DNA from: Bdellovibrionota bacterium
GTDB lineage: Bacteria; Bdellovibrionota_C; UBA2361; OMII01
Direction of reading: 5' to 3'
Assembly (NCBI GenBank): GCA_044356215.1
Contig: JBIKWQ010000047.1
Coordinates: forward strand, 1-27,268
Length of the DNA: 27,268 bases
A program made the translations under genes and the position numbers. Each line of letters opens with the position of its first letter. Position 1 is the stretch's first letter. This document shows positions 16,453-25,465 of this stretch, piece after piece. The notes under the pieces were generated by a model. That model searched no databases, was not told the DNA's origin, and saw only the letters and a program-made list of their open reading frames with translations.

Positions 16453-16819
16453 AAGTCTTTATCCTCTCTAAATCACCTCTGGCTTCCTGTCTCTCAAGCT
16501 GGGCTTGAGTCATGCTCAGCATAATTCCGGCAAGCTTTTTAAACTCGCGCAATTCAGCGCCGGTTATGTTGTCTCTGTCCTTCTTTGAGAACCCGTAAAT
16601 AAAAAAAACTAGCTCCCCCTTCTTATAAAACAGAATTGTTCTGTATCCCCCAGATTTACCCGCCCCGGTTCGAGCCACCCGTTGCTTGATTACTCCGCCC
16701 CCAAGGTTGGCATCAACTGATCCGCGCTCCATTGACTCGACAATTCTAACCAGATCGCGATCTTCAATACCCGATCGTGCGGCATATCGAGTAAACCACT
16801 TGCTTTTAAAGATCTGCAC
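16424..16819 (-). CDS. Type II toxin, RelE/ParE superfamily (HigB-like, toxin-first operon)
   Basis: IFKSKWFTRYA...DANLGGGVIKQRVARTGAGKSGGYRTI...FFIYGFSKKDRDNI. Confidence 0.92.
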   Translation of the reverse strand: MQIFKSKWFTRYAARSGIEDRDLVRIVESMERGSVDANLGGGVIKQRVARTGAGKSGGYRTILFYKKGELVFFIYGFSKKDRDNITGAELREFKKLAGIMLSMTQAQLERQEARGDLERIKTYEEKKGKRS

Positions 16820-16858
16820 CTCAGTGGTTCCCTATAAGACTAATCTTATTTATTATGG

Positions 16859-16877
16859 TATAGCACTCGGTGTTATA
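16859..16877. promoter_or_regulatory. Palindromic operator in the TA promoter
   Basis: TATAGCAC-TCG-GTGTTATA lies within a minus-strand TTTACA-N17-TACCAT promoter. Confidence 0.7.
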
Positions 16878-16927
16878 TGTAAAGTGATTTTTTAGAAGCG
16901 TTAACTCGAGACAAAATAGCCGACTTC

Positions 16928-17265
16928 CTACGGGGCGTTGCAGTTTTTTTGGTACGTTGCTGAGATCACTAGTAAAAGAAGCGCAAAACAGCCATAGAGT
17001 CACGGTCACGATCCAAAAAACATCCGGTGAGTAGTTACCGAATATCTCAAAGTTTTCTCCTGCCTTCCCTAAGTCGAGATCACGGAGGGCTGCAGAGAGA
17101 TGCCTGCGCGAAAAAATATGCGATGAAGAAATCTCCGTGGCCCGCCGTGACCTCGATGTAGATTATCCAGCACGGAGGGTGAGGAAAAGAATTAGGAAGA
17201 GTAAGAACAGACGAACATGAACCAACAGCAGCGCCGAGAAAATCACCTCGGCACTAATCCACAAA
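16928..17265 (-). pseudogene. Possible degraded membrane-protein gene remnant
   Basis: Hydrophobic peptide pieces in shifting frames (FLWISAEVIFSALLLVHVRLFLLFLILF; GNYSPDVFWIVTVT; LYGCFALLLLVISATYQKNCNAP*). Confidence 0.3.
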
Positions 17266-17267
17266 AA

Positions 17268-18050
17268 TCATCCCCGCCCCCAACTAGGCTCTCTCTTCTC
17301 AATTAAAGCCCGAATCCCTTCGGCAAACTCAGTAGAATTATAATTTATACTCTGTGCTTCAGCCTCGTGATTAAGAGCTGCCTGCAATTCAGATAAATCA
17401 CCACGCATAGTTTGAAGTAGCTGTATTCTCGCTGCAGGTCCACACGCTAAGATCTCATTCGCCACTTTTTGCGCCTCATTTAGCACCTCATCACGGGTCG
17501 TAACTCGTGACACTAATCCAAGCCGTAGCCCCTCCGCCGCGTTAATAATCCTTCCGGTTAATAGAAGTTCAGTAGCAGCGGATCTCCCGATAATTCGCGG
17601 AACCAGAAATGTTCCGCCCATTCCAGGATGTAGCCCCAGCTTTAAAAATGTAAATCCAAGCTTCGTATCATCACTAGCGATCCGGATATCAGCGGCACAT
17701 GCCAGACAGAGGCCAGCGCCAACGGCGGCTCCATGCAGAGCGGCGATAATCGGCACATTTAGAGTAAGGATAGAGAGGAATGAGTCATAAAACTTTAGCA
17801 TCCCAACGCGGTTTTCCTCTTTAGAGCGTGAGCGTTTGGCGTCAAGCATCTCTAAGTGACCACCCGCTGAGAAAGATCGGCCAGCTCCACGAAGGATAAT
17901 CACCTTCGCGGCCCCTTCCACCTTTAGACGTGACATCACAGAGGCGAACTCATCCGCCATCGCCTCACTCATGGCATTTAGATTCACTTCGTCGTTTAAA
18001 GTAATCGTAACGATCCCTTGCGGGTTTATCTCTGAAATAACTAGCGGCAT
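17268..18050 (-). CDS. Enoyl-CoA hydratase/isomerase (crotonase) family protein
   Basis: ITLN...NAM, LRGAGRSFSAGG, PIIAALHGAAVGAG...AADIRIA, ELLLTGR, EGIRALIEKREP. Start set at ATG 18050. Confidence 0.93.
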   Translation of the reverse strand: MPLVISEINPQGIVTITLNDEVNLNAMSEAMADEFASVMSRLKVEGAAKVIILRGAGRSFSAGGHLEMLDAKRSRSKEENRVGMLKFYDSFLSILTLNVPIIAALHGAAVGAGLCLACAADIRIASDDTKLGFTFLKLGLHPGMGGTFLVPRIIGRSAATELLLTGRIINAAEGLRLGLVSRVTTRDEVLNEAQKVANEILACGPAARIQLLQTMRGDLSELQAALNHEAEAQSINYNSTEFAEGIRALIEKREPSWGRG

Positions 18051-18151
18051 AATAGATAGGAGGCTGCCACGAGAAGAGCGCGCTGGCAATTAAAATCAAA
18101 GAGCGCTGCCCTTCGCATGCGCCGTTTGTTTATGATATCGTTCAAGCATCT

Positions 18152-19900
18152 ATGATCAGTTCACTAAGAGATCTTATCGCCATCCTAAGGGCAGAGCGCG
18201 AGATAATTGAGATAAAAGCTCCGGTCGATCCACGCCTCGAGATAGCTGAGATCCACCGAAGGGTGATTGATCGCGAAGGCCCGGCTCTCTTATTTACCTC
18301 GGTAAAGGGCTCACCATTTCCAGTAGTCACGAATCTGTTCGGGACTAAACGCCGAGTTGATCTAGCTTTTGGTCCACGACCCGAACGACTGGTTCGTGAC
18401 ATCGCCTCGTTTCCGCATACGATGATGCCACCATCGCTGAGTAAGCTCTGGCAGCATAGAGACACACTGATTCAGTTAACAAAAGTTGGCTTAAAGCGAC
18501 GTTCTAGCTCACGCGAGCTTATCTTTGATGATCCACCACGATTAACTCGTCTCCCGCTCTTAACCACCTGGCCCCTTGATGGCGGGCCGTTTATTACCCT
18601 GCCTTTAGTTTACACCGAACACCCAACAACAAAGGTTCACAACCTTGGGATGTATCGGATCCAACGTTACGACGACTCAACAACGGGTCTACACTGTCAG
18701 ATCGGTAAAGGCGGAGGATTTCATCTCCTCGCGGCGCGTGAGCTTGGGCGCTCTCTGCCGGTGCAGATCTCTGTTGGTGGTCCACCAGCGCTGACGCTTG
18801 CGGCTATAGCTCCCTTACCTGAGCAGGTTCCAGAGCTTTTATTGGCGTCCCTTGTTATGGGCGGAAAGCTCCCGCTCGTTGATAATCCTTACGGGCCTCT
18901 GCCTTTAATTGAGAGCTCTGAGTTCACTTTAATCGGAAGCGTTGATCCAAATGAGACCAGGCCCGAGGGACCGTTTGGTGATCACTACGGATACTACTCG
19001 CTGCAACACGACTATCCGGTCTTTAGATGTCGCGCCGTTGCGCGCAGACCTGATGCTATCTTTCCAGCGACTGTAGTAGGAAAGCCGCGCCAAGAGGATT
19101 TTTATATCGGTGAATATCTACAACGGCTCTTATCGCCGCTTTTTCCAGTTGTTATGCCACAGGTGCGTGACCTCTGGTCGTACGGAGAGACGGGATTTCA
19201 CTCACTAGCCGCGGCGGTTGTACAAGAGCGTTATGCGAGGGAGAGTTTGCATTCGGCGTTTCGAATTCTTGGCGAGGGGCAGCTAGCTCTGACTAAGTTT
19301 CTATTGCTCACTGATAAGCCGATGGATCTTACCAAGTTCTCGCAAGTACTCGAGCACATCTTAGCGCGAGCTGACTTTAGATCTGATCTCTATGTGTTCT
19401 CAAATACATCGATGGATACCCTTGATTACGCGGGGCCAAAGATAAATCACGGCAGCAAGGGGTTGCTCTTGGGTTGCGGAGAGCCAAGGCGTGAGTTGCC
19501 TCGTGAGTTTAACGGCGCGTTACCACCAGGAATCAGAGAAGCGATCCCATTTTGCGCGGGCTGCTTAGTTGTAGCGGGGGATAGCTATCAAAAAGATATC
19601 CAGTTAGCCGCGCGAGTGTCCAAGAGCGAGCAGTTCGCCAAGTGGCCGCTTATAATTTTAGTTGATGATGCCAAGCGAGCAACCAAAAGCGAGAGTTTAT
19701 TTCTCTGGAGCGCCTTCACCCGATTTGAGCCAGCGGCTGATATTCATGTCACCAAGATTGAGTTAGCGCGGCACCACCTCTGTTATGAGGCACCGATAGT
19801 GATCGACTCCCGCATGAAGCCTTGGTATCCAGGAGAGGTGGAGTGCGACTCGGAGACCAGTGAGCTGGTTGATCGGCGGTGGGGGGAGTATGGGGTTTAG
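18152..19900 (+). CDS. UbiD-family (prFMN-dependent) decarboxylase, long form
   Basis: LEIAEIHRRV...GPALLF, NLFGT, WPLDGGPFIT, NLGMYR, EGPFGDHYGYYS, TVVGKPRQED, DTLDY. Confidence 0.95.
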   Translation: MISSLRDLIAILRAEREIIEIKAPVDPRLEIAEIHRRVIDREGPALLFTSVKGSPFPVVTNLFGTKRRVDLAFGPRPERLVRDIASFPHTMMPPSLSKLWQHRDTLIQLTKVGLKRRSSSRELIFDDPPRLTRLPLLTTWPLDGGPFITLPLVYTEHPTTKVHNLGMYRIQRYDDSTTGLHCQIGKGGGFHLLAARELGRSLPVQISVGGPPALTLAAIAPLPEQVPELLLASLVMGGKLPLVDNPYGPLPLIESSEFTLIGSVDPNETRPEGPFGDHYGYYSLQHDYPVFRCRAVARRPDAIFPATVVGKPRQEDFYIGEYLQRLLSPLFPVVMPQVRDLWSYGETGFHSLAAAVVQERYARESLHSAFRILGEGQLALTKFLLLTDKPMDLTKFSQVLEHILARADFRSDLYVFSNTSMDTLDYAGPKINHGSKGLLLGCGEPRRELPREFNGALPPGIREAIPFCAGCLVVAGDSYQKDIQLAARVSKSEQFAKWPLIILVDDAKRATKSESLFLWSAFTRFEPAADIHVTKIELARHHLCYEAPIVIDSRMKPWYPGEVECDSETSELVDRRWGEYGV

Positions 19901-20007
19901 GGGAGAGAGAGAGATGCAAAACCTCAGATACGCCAGGCCCGCCCCGATGAATATCCTAAAAACACTCCTATCCAAGGCGGTCGGTACCAAGTCAGCTGAG
20001 GCAGCAG

Positions 20008-21009
20008 CTACTCCTGCCAAGGGTGTTTGTTAGCCTCACTGTGCGGGAACAGGCGCGCAATATATTGAAGATCGTCCAGTGACACTGGTCGTTGCAGCGC
20101 CTCATAGATATCTCGTACCTGTTGACTCGAGCGGAAGCCGGGAACAACACTGGCTACCACGTCATGGGAGAGAAGAAAGCCCAACGCTGGTGCGATTAGG
20201 TCTACTGGCCTATGGCCAAAGCGATCTCTAAGCAACGCCATTCTGGGTTCTAATGCTTGAAGTGATCTTGTACTGAATTCCGAATTCGTGCTTCTGGTAT
20301 CTCCAGGCCCAAAGGTCAACGGATTTTGGCCGTCATGTTTGCCGAGAAGTCTCCCCTGACCAAACGGCATCATCGCGATAAACCGGATTCCACGCTCCTT
20401 CATGAATGGGCTGAGAGTTCCCTCCGGCGCGATGAACTCTGGATGCTCGAAGCTGGCCCAGCTTTGTATGAAGTCGGGCAGTAGTTTCTTGCTGACTCGA
20501 ATCAGGTCGCTAGCCGAGTAGCCAGACAAACAGATTGAGCGTATTTTACCCGATGCCTTCAGATCGTTCATGACACTAACGGCATCGTCGAGAAAGCGAT
20601 CTTCTGCACCGAAATCACAATGATGAAGGTAGTACAGGTCGATCGTATCTCTCCCCAAATTGCGAAGGGACTGTTCACATTGAAATCGGATGTTCTCTGG
20701 AGAGTAGACGCTTGGTGCGCTCGTTGGGAGAAAGCCAACCTTAGACGCTATCACAGCAGACATTTTGGATCCGGAGAGCGCTTTGCCGACGAGACGCTCG
20801 GATCTTCCATGACCATATACATCTGCTGTGTCGATATGGCTCATGCCGTGTTCCAGGGCAAAAGTTAAACCTCGCACACTATCTTCATCATTTAGAGGTC
20901 CGCTCCAACCGGTTGGTTCACCATTGGTCCAGTACGGCCCACCGATAGTCCAGGTTCCAATACCTACTGAGCTGAGCTGGATCCCCTTGTGTTCCACAGT
21001 TGTTAACAT
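20008..21009 (-). CDS. Aldo/keto reductase
   Basis: GIGTWTIGG, IDTADVYGHGRSE, IASKVG, SLRNLGRDTIDLYYLH, GKIR.I.LS; GAGG Shine-Dalgarno. Confidence 0.93.
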   Translation of the reverse strand: MLTTVEHKGIQLSSVGIGTWTIGGPYWTNGEPTGWSGPLNDEDSVRGLTFALEHGMSHIDTADVYGHGRSERLVGKALSGSKMSAVIASKVGFLPTSAPSVYSPENIRFQCEQSLRNLGRDTIDLYYLHHCDFGAEDRFLDDAVSVMNDLKASGKIRSICLSGYSASDLIRVSKKLLPDFIQSWASFEHPEFIAPEGTLSPFMKERGIRFIAMMPFGQGRLLGKHDGQNPLTFGPGDTRSTNSEFSTRSLQALEPRMALLRDRFGHRPVDLIAPALGFLLSHDVVASVVPGFRSSQQVRDIYEALQRPVSLDDLQYIARLFPHSEANKHPWQE

Positions 21010-21218
21010 GAGCGAACCTCACTACTTTATTGATGTCTCGTCCTATATAGCATCGCAATTCTCCCTCGCCTCTCCTGTTAACACCCTAAAACGGGAGGAG
21101 GGGAGCGAAGGGTTACCTTTTGTTTACCACGATAGCAGGAGCGCGGCGATGTGTAATGCAATGTATCTATGACAATTGGAGCGCGAATCTTCTGCTTCGC
21201 CGATGCATGAGAAGATGT

Positions 21219-21409
21219 ATAAGAAGATCGATTAATTCCGGATTTATATCAGCAAACTAGGCAGTCGGGGTTTGTTTGTGTGAATGCCAAGGTGTTGCTA
21301 GAGAGAGTTTGAGGCGGAGCTGCTGCTCCACCTGGAGCGATAAGCGAGTTTTTTCGGGAGGAGCAGAGCTTTATTTAGCCTTATTTCTTGATTTTTTGCC
21401 CCTAGCAGC
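21219..21409. repeat. ~190-bp direct repeat, copy R1
   Basis: Aligns end to end with 23088-23277; roughly 90% identical by hand count. Confidence 0.95.
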
Positions 21410-21604
21410 CCCCAGGTATGTTTAAGAGCCTCGTTCTAGCTGCACCCCGCGAGTGCCGTCTCTGTGGAAGCGGTTCTTATGACTCCTCTGGCACACGGTC
21501 AAACGAGTTGTAGAACTTAGGAATCGGGGGAGGGACATTGAAGTCAGCGTTGGAGCAATCATTATCGCCGCAAGCTTCGCAAATCCGGAGGGGCGCGCTG
21601 TACA

Positions 21605-22720
21605 CTAGGAAAGTGGTTTTCCAGCTATTTCGCGGTTTAACGACATGCCTCTCCCGCCGCGTACCTGCTTTAGCTCGTTAGAGACGCCGGAGATATCACC
21701 GTTTGCACTGAATGAGTAGCTTCCAAGAAGTCCGTGAAATTTAGTCTTATGGATATACTCTGCCGGGTCACCGCCGGACTGTAGCGCCTCATGAACGATC
21801 CGAAACGATTCGATCCCGGAGGCAAATAAAACGTCCCAGGTATTGAGCGGGCCGAACTGCTGCTTGAATTCAGCCAGGAGTTTCTGGTCGGTATCATCTA
21901 ATCGCGGGGGGCTCGGGAAGTCTGTATACACGATCCCCTCGGCTAGCGGCCCTGCATTCTTTAAAAATGTTGCGCTCCCAGGTGTATAGGAGCCAAAGAT
22001 AGGCAGGGTTATCCCAAGCTGCTTAAGCTGCTTTAGGATAATCAGAAACGCCTCCTCTGAAGTTGGGTTAATGAAGAGGGAATCGATTCCGCGCGACTGG
22101 AGACGTAGTAGTAATGACTTAAAATCCGAGGTGTCGGGTCCAAAACGCTCGTGCACAAGTTGTAATCGCTTGCCGTGTGCTGCCTTCTCGACCTCTGCGG
22201 CTAAATCCTCGCAGTATTCCGAGGCAGCTTCGGTGAGTATGCCAAGTTTATGATGGTGGCTGCCTATATGAGAGACCAAAATACGCGCATTATCGACATC
22301 ATTCGGAGCGAGCCGAAAGAATGTGGAGCCCAAGGTAGAAAATCGTGGCGAGGTAACAAGTGGAGTAACGACTAACACGTTACGAGCACGGTACGCTGGA
22401 GCGGCAACAAGCGCTGCTGTATCGCAAGCAAAAAAGGCGGCTTTCACGCCATCGATGGCAACTAGCTTGCGCGCAACTGTCATCGCGTCTTTACCCTCGC
22501 AATGATCATCTTCTACCACGATCGTATAGCGATTATTCGCCAGAGTTTGATTGGCAAATGTAATAATATTCTTTAGGTCAGTGCCAAACGTTGCGCTCGG
22601 ACCAGAGAGCGGCGCAGAAACTCCAAACTTAATAAGCTCCTGTGCGGTACTTAGAGAGAAGCTAAATAGACCCGTGAATACGAGAGAGCATACTGTGGTA
22701 ATTATGGTCCTACGTTCCAT
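21605..22720 (-). CDS. ABC transporter substrate-binding protein, branched-chain amino acid (LivJ/K-like) family, orphan
   Basis: Signal peptide, IKFGVSAPLSGPSATFG, VVEDDHCE, FFRLAPND, DFKSLLLRL, FHGLLGSYSFSANGD. Confidence 0.9.
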   Translation of the reverse strand: MERRTIITTVCSLVFTGLFSFSLSTAQELIKFGVSAPLSGPSATFGTDLKNIITFANQTLANNRYTIVVEDDHCEGKDAMTVARKLVAIDGVKAAFFACDTAALVAAPAYRARNVLVVTPLVTSPRFSTLGSTFFRLAPNDVDNARILVSHIGSHHHKLGILTEAASEYCEDLAAEVEKAAHGKRLQLVHERFGPDTSDFKSLLLRLQSRGIDSLFINPTSEEAFLIILKQLKQLGITLPIFGSYTPGSATFLKNAGPLAEGIVYTDFPSPPRLDDTDQKLLAEFKQQFGPLNTWDVLFASGIESFRIVHEALQSGGDPAEYIHKTKFHGLLGSYSFSANGDISGVSNELKQVRGGRGMSLNREIAGKPLS

Positions 22721-23087
22721 CGCGACTCTCGTTAATTTCCATCCACGGTAGCCAAACGGTGACTTGATGAATCCACACTAGACAGACGATGCACAGAGCT
22801 GCTTCGGTCAGCGCCGTGGCAATAGCAGAGCCGATCGCCCCCACTAATGGAATTAGTATAATATTTTCGGGGATATTTACCACAATACTTACAATCGTTG
22901 CCCAAATGTATAAGGACTGCTTTCCTCAAGAAATGAAGATCGTCCCTGCTGGTCCGTTTATCCAGGCGAATGGCGCCACGACCATCAAGATAGAGAGCGC
23001 GACCCCAGCCTGCGAATATTCTGGCCCGTACACCCCCGCAAGCAAGGAGCGCGAGAAGATTGCTATGAGCACGGCAAGCGGGAATGA
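22710..23087 (-). pseudogene. 5'-truncated Wzx-type polysaccharide flippase fragment with an internal stop
   Basis: SFPLAVLIAIFSRSLLAGVYGPEYSQAGVALSIL...IFIS*GKQ...VVNIPENIILIPLVGAIGSAIATALTEA...*, with TGA at 22926-22928. Begins exactly at the edge of repeat R2. Confidence 0.8.
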
Positions 23088-23277
23088 ATAAGAAGATCGA
23101 TTAAATCCGGATTTATATCAGCAAACTAGGCAGTCGGTATGTGTTGGTGTGGATGTCCAGGTGTCGCTAGAGAGAATTTAAGACGGAGCTGCTGCTCCAC
23201 CTGGGGCGATAAGCGAGTTTTTCGGGTGGCGCAGAGCTTTATTTAGCCTTATTTCTTGATTTTTTGCCCCTAGCAGC
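23088..23277. repeat. ~190-bp direct repeat, copy R2
   Basis: Partner of 21219-21409; contains the palindrome TAAATCCGGATTTA and the hairpin GGAGC-TGCT-GCTCC. Confidence 0.95.
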
Positions 23278-23528
23278 TCGTAGCGATTGAACCGAATTTG
23301 ATTGATTTTTGCGCAGTGGGCTTGGGCCTGGTAGAGCGCAAAGCCTATGTCGTGAGATTGATATTCCGGCATAACCCCAGCCATGTGCGTGGTCAAGTCG
23401 TCCATACCCCAGGCTGCCCGCTGCACTTGAACGACCGCAAGCATCTGTTCTGAGCTCGTCAGTGGAACAATCGGGAATGATTGTGAGGGTGTTGATTGAA
23501 TCTTTTGGGAGGGGTCAGGCTGCTGCAT
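23278..23528 (-). pseudogene. Internally deleted GNAT acetyltransferase remnant (COG3375-like)
   Basis: IVPLTSSEQMLAVVQVQRAAWGMDDL is joined directly to THMAGVMPEYQSHDIGFAL (acetyl-CoA motif A-like). The intervening strands are missing and the frame runs on into repeat R2. Confidence 0.55.
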
Positions 23529-23601
23529 ACATGACCGATTACTTGAGGTTCGACGGTACCACAATCGCGAATTTCCGGCATCTCACGACACCTGTCAACT
23601 T

Positions 23602-23883
23602 TTTTGCGCGGGCCGCCTAGTTGTAGTCGAGAGTTTATTTCTCTGTGGCGCCTTCACCTGATTTGAGCCAGCGGCTGATATTCATGTCACCAAGATTGAG
23701 TTAGCGCGGCACCACCTCTGTTATGAGGCACCGATAGTGATCGACTCCCGCATGAAGCCTTGGTATCCAGGAGAGGTGGAGTGCGACTCGGAGACCAGTG
23801 AGCTGGTTGATAGGAGGTGGGGGGAGTATGGGGTTTAGGAGAGAGAGAAAGAAGCAAAACCTCGCCAACGCGAGCTTTTTGCT
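23602..23883 (+). repeat. Second copy of the ubiD 3' end (pseudogenised)
   Basis: 23602-23626 matches 19550-19574 (23/25) and 23628-23863 matches 19690-19925. It carries a CGA>TGA stop and a ~115-bp deletion. Confidence 0.95.
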
Positions 23884-23963
23884 CGAATTGATTTCGTATA
23901 TGCGTCTCATGCGCTCGGCCTTCCGCGATTGCTTTCAGGTCTGCCCGTAACAGGAATCTTAGC

Positions 23964-25100
23964 CTAGCCCCAAGCCCCATCCCATAATTTCCGCACGAAG
24001 CTTTCAAATGGTAAAATGAAAATTCCATCATCACTCCGTCGCTCATGGGGCTCTTGGCATACAAGAATGCGGGCCTTAAATGAGGCTTCTGAGTGAATAG
24101 CTCGCAAGCCTTTAAGGTCACTATCAGAGATACTACGCGAAGCCTTGGCTTCAATAGCAAGTCTATCTCCTAAGATAAAATCGACCTCTATGTTAGTAGT
24201 AGTGCGCCAATATGATATCCGCTCTTTTGAGCAATATTCGCTGTAACAACAAAGCTCATGATACAAGAGAGACTCAAATGCTTCTCCGTACTCCGGTGTA
24301 CTAGGCGCATACGACATGCGTTCTTGCAAAACGCGAGTAACTCCGATGTCGAAGAGGTATAATTTTTCACTTGCTACTACTTTGCGAGCGCTCCCCTTCT
24401 GCCAAGGAGAGATTCGCGACGCGACCAATGAGTCAATGAGAATCTCAACGTGTTCGCGTAAAGTAGTAGGTTTTATCTGCGCATCTGAAGCTAGTTTCGT
24501 GTAGTTAATCTGCTTACCTGACACCAGCGCGGCAAGAGATAGAAAACGTCTAAACGCAGCCACGTTTCTCACTGCGGCTTCGGCGATAATCTCTTGCTCG
24601 AGGTAGTCAGTAGCATAGGCGCTCAGCAAAATTGAAGGGTCATCTGATGTCCAAGCTGCCGGAAGCATTCCAATTTGAAGAGCTTTCTCTAAATTAAAAT
24701 CGACGCCCAATTCGATTAGGCTCAAAGGATACAGACGAAACGTCCTAGCGCGTCCCCCGAGTAAATTTACTCCGCCTTGTCGCAGCTTGCGCGCACTTGA
24801 GCCGGTCATAAGAAAGCGCGCCCCACGTTCCTCTATTAGGTAGTGCACTTCATTAAGGAGCTCGGGGATCCGCTGAATCTCATCAATAATTGTCAGTCCT
24901 TCCGCAACGGCGAAACTACGGAGCTTGGTGGGGTCATTTAAAAGACTTAGGTACTCTTCGGTCTTTAGAAGGTTAATAATCCGAGAATCCGGGTAAAACG
25001 AGCGCAAAGCAGTCGACTTACCAACCTGGCGCGGACCAAGAAGAAAAGCAGAGCCAGCCTTAAAGTTGCTTAAACCTATGATTCTATTGTATTTATTCAT
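23964..25100 (-). CDS. AAA_14 / DUF4143 ATP-binding protein (COG1373-like)
   Basis: GPRQVGKST, IIDEIQRIPELL, MTGSSA, GRA, KLYLFDIG, GEAFES, YWRT...EVDFI...AIEAK (PD-(D/E)xK-like end). Confidence 0.93.
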   Translation of the reverse strand: MNKYNRIIGLSNFKAGSAFLLGPRQVGKSTALRSFYPDSRIINLLKTEEYLSLLNDPTKLRSFAVAEGLTIIDEIQRIPELLNEVHYLIEERGARFLMTGSSARKLRQGGVNLLGGRARTFRLYPLSLIELGVDFNLEKALQIGMLPAAWTSDDPSILLSAYATDYLEQEIIAEAAVRNVAAFRRFLSLAALVSGKQINYTKLASDAQIKPTTLREHVEILIDSLVASRISPWQKGSARKVVASEKLYLFDIGVTRVLQERMSYAPSTPEYGEAFESLLYHELCCYSEYCSKERISYWRTTTNIEVDFILGDRLAIEAKASRSISDSDLKGLRAIHSEASFKARILVCQEPHERRSDDGIFILPFESFVRKLWDGAWG

Positions 25101-25109
25101 ATGTAACGA

Positions 25110-25160
25110 ATAATAACGCCGAAGGCGTGAATTTGCAATCTTATTTCACGCTTTCGGCGT
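25110..25160 (-). promoter_or_regulatory. Promoter of the AAA ATPase with paired operators
   Basis: TTGCAA-N17-TATTAT. The spacer carries ACGCCGAAGGCGTGAA, with an inverted partner TTCACGCTTTCGGCGT at 25145-25160 (15/16). Confidence 0.75.
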
Positions 25161-25277
25161 GAGTTTTGATAAGGGCTTGTAACGACAGGCTAAATTAGCA
25201 GCGCCCTAGTCCATAGGCAGGGCGTCGCAGTGTTTTTGGTAAGCTGCTGGGATAATTAGTAAAATATTTTCTACCAC

Positions 25278-25390
25278 AGAGGTGGAGTGTGACTCGGAGA
25301 CCAGTGAGCTGGTTGCTAGGCGGTGGAGGGAGTATGGGGTTTAGGGGAGCGAGAGAAAGAAGCAAAACCTCGCCAACGCGAGCTTTTGCT
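25278..25390 (+). repeat. Third copy of the ubiD 3' end
   Basis: Matches 19834-19925 and shares a further CGCCAACGCGAGCTTTTGCT with copy 2. Confidence 0.93.
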
Positions 25391-25410
25391 TTTGGCTCGC
25401 GTGGCGTTGG
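25371..25410. terminator. GC-rich hairpin, probably the ancestral terminator between ubiD and the convergent gene
   Basis: CGCCAACGCGAGC-TTTTGCTTTTG-GCTCGCGTGGCG. Confidence 0.5.
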
Positions 25411-25465
25411 GCCGACGGGGAAGCCGCGTCACCGATAGGGCGCGCCGCTGCTCTTTAGGGAAGAG

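Noticed and set aside
22789..23091. 100-aa plus-strand ORF
   Set aside because: It is the antisense shadow of the wzx pseudogene.
19763..24160. ORFs 19763-20020, 23687-24160 and 23701-23910 (two share a peptide)
   Set aside because: They are antisense translations of the duplicated ubiD end, not a protein family.
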